Positions 23,827 through 24,000 of a stretch of DNA of 24,000 nt are shown here, piece by piece. Where the stretch lies: contig NZ_AP018553.1 in assembly GCF_003967175.1 (NCBI RefSeq), forward strand, positions 1,513,982-1,537,981, in the 5' to 3' direction. The number at the start of each line of letters is the position of its first letter. Within the stretch, counting starts at the first letter, position 1. Below the pieces are notes generated by a model, which saw only the letters and a list, made by a program, of their open reading frames with translations, was not told where the DNA came from and did not search any database. Source of the stretch: Sulfodiicoccus acidiphilus (GTDB taxonomy: Archaea > Thermoproteota > Thermoprotei_A > Sulfolobales > Sulfolobaceae). Position numbers and translations under genes: made by a program.

Positions 23827-24000
23827 ATGAGGACTCAGGTGGAGGTCCTCCAGGAGACGACGAGGAGGGCCCCAGACTCGGTGGCGCTCACTTACTTCGG
23901 AAAGGAGATGTCCTACTCGCAGTTGGACCGCATTTCCAACGGTGTGGCAGCTCAGCTCTCTCCTTACGTTGAGAGGGGGATAGGGTGGCCGTCATAACCC
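23827..24000 (+). CDS. N-terminus of an acyl-CoA synthetase (AMP-binding enzyme). There is an apparent frameshift at a G5 run, and the gene continues beyond the window.
   Basis: ATG 23827 gives MRTQVEVLQETTRRAPDSVALTYFGKEMSYSQLDRISNGVAAQLSPYVERG, then IGWPS-TAA (23995-23997). Adding one G to GGGGG (23975-23979) restores ERGDRVAVIT, the canonical continuation. The ORF-track entry 23766-23972 is in a different frame. Confidence 0.6.

Noticed and set aside
23766-23972. ORF 23766-23972 (+, 68 aa).
   Set aside because: It is in the wrong frame. The adjacent frame starting at ATG 23827 encodes a textbook acyl-CoA synthetase N-terminus.

Overview
The window looks like a crenarchaeal, Sulfolobales-type chromosomal segment. 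Its core is a complete single-archaellin archaellum operon, arlB-arlX-arlG-arlF-arlH-arlI-arlJ, at 14351-20503 on the + strand. The presence of arlX and this gene order are the Sulfolobales signature. Divergent from arlB lies a tightly packed, uncharacterised five-gene minus-strand cluster (14088 down to 10406). It encodes two proteins rich in N-glycosylation sequons (N-X-S/T) with C-terminal membrane anchors, a protein with roughly 14-16 TM segments, a cytosolic 256-aa protein and a small membrane protein. An ArnR-like membrane-anchored HTH regulator follows at 9506-10327 (-). I consider this cluster and its shared promoter region the best candidate for undescribed biology here.

Other intact genes:
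- an ABC-type solute-binding protein with no adjacent transporter genes (2559-4124)
- an M1 zinc aminopeptidase (4313-6646)
- an Amidohydro_2-type hydrolase (21528-22382/22475, -)
- a partial DUF4143 ATPase at the left edge
- the start of an acyl-CoA synthetase at the right edge

The remaining sequence is heavily decayed:
- an IS607-type element (about 7240-9135) with frameshifted tnpA and tnpB
- an Arch_ATPase pseudogene (774-1809)
- a gutted acyl-CoA synthetase pseudogene (22508-23400, -)
- at least three diverged, same-orientation copies of a 300-400 bp GC-rich hairpin-rich repeat (about 395-771, 20700-21060, 23490-23740, possibly 2200-2300), which I interpret as TnpB 3'-end / omega-RNA-like relics

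Several frameshifts sit at homopolymer runs, so assembly error and true decay need to be separated. I found no rRNA, tRNA or CRISPR array. All homology calls come from motif recognition by eye; no database search was run.
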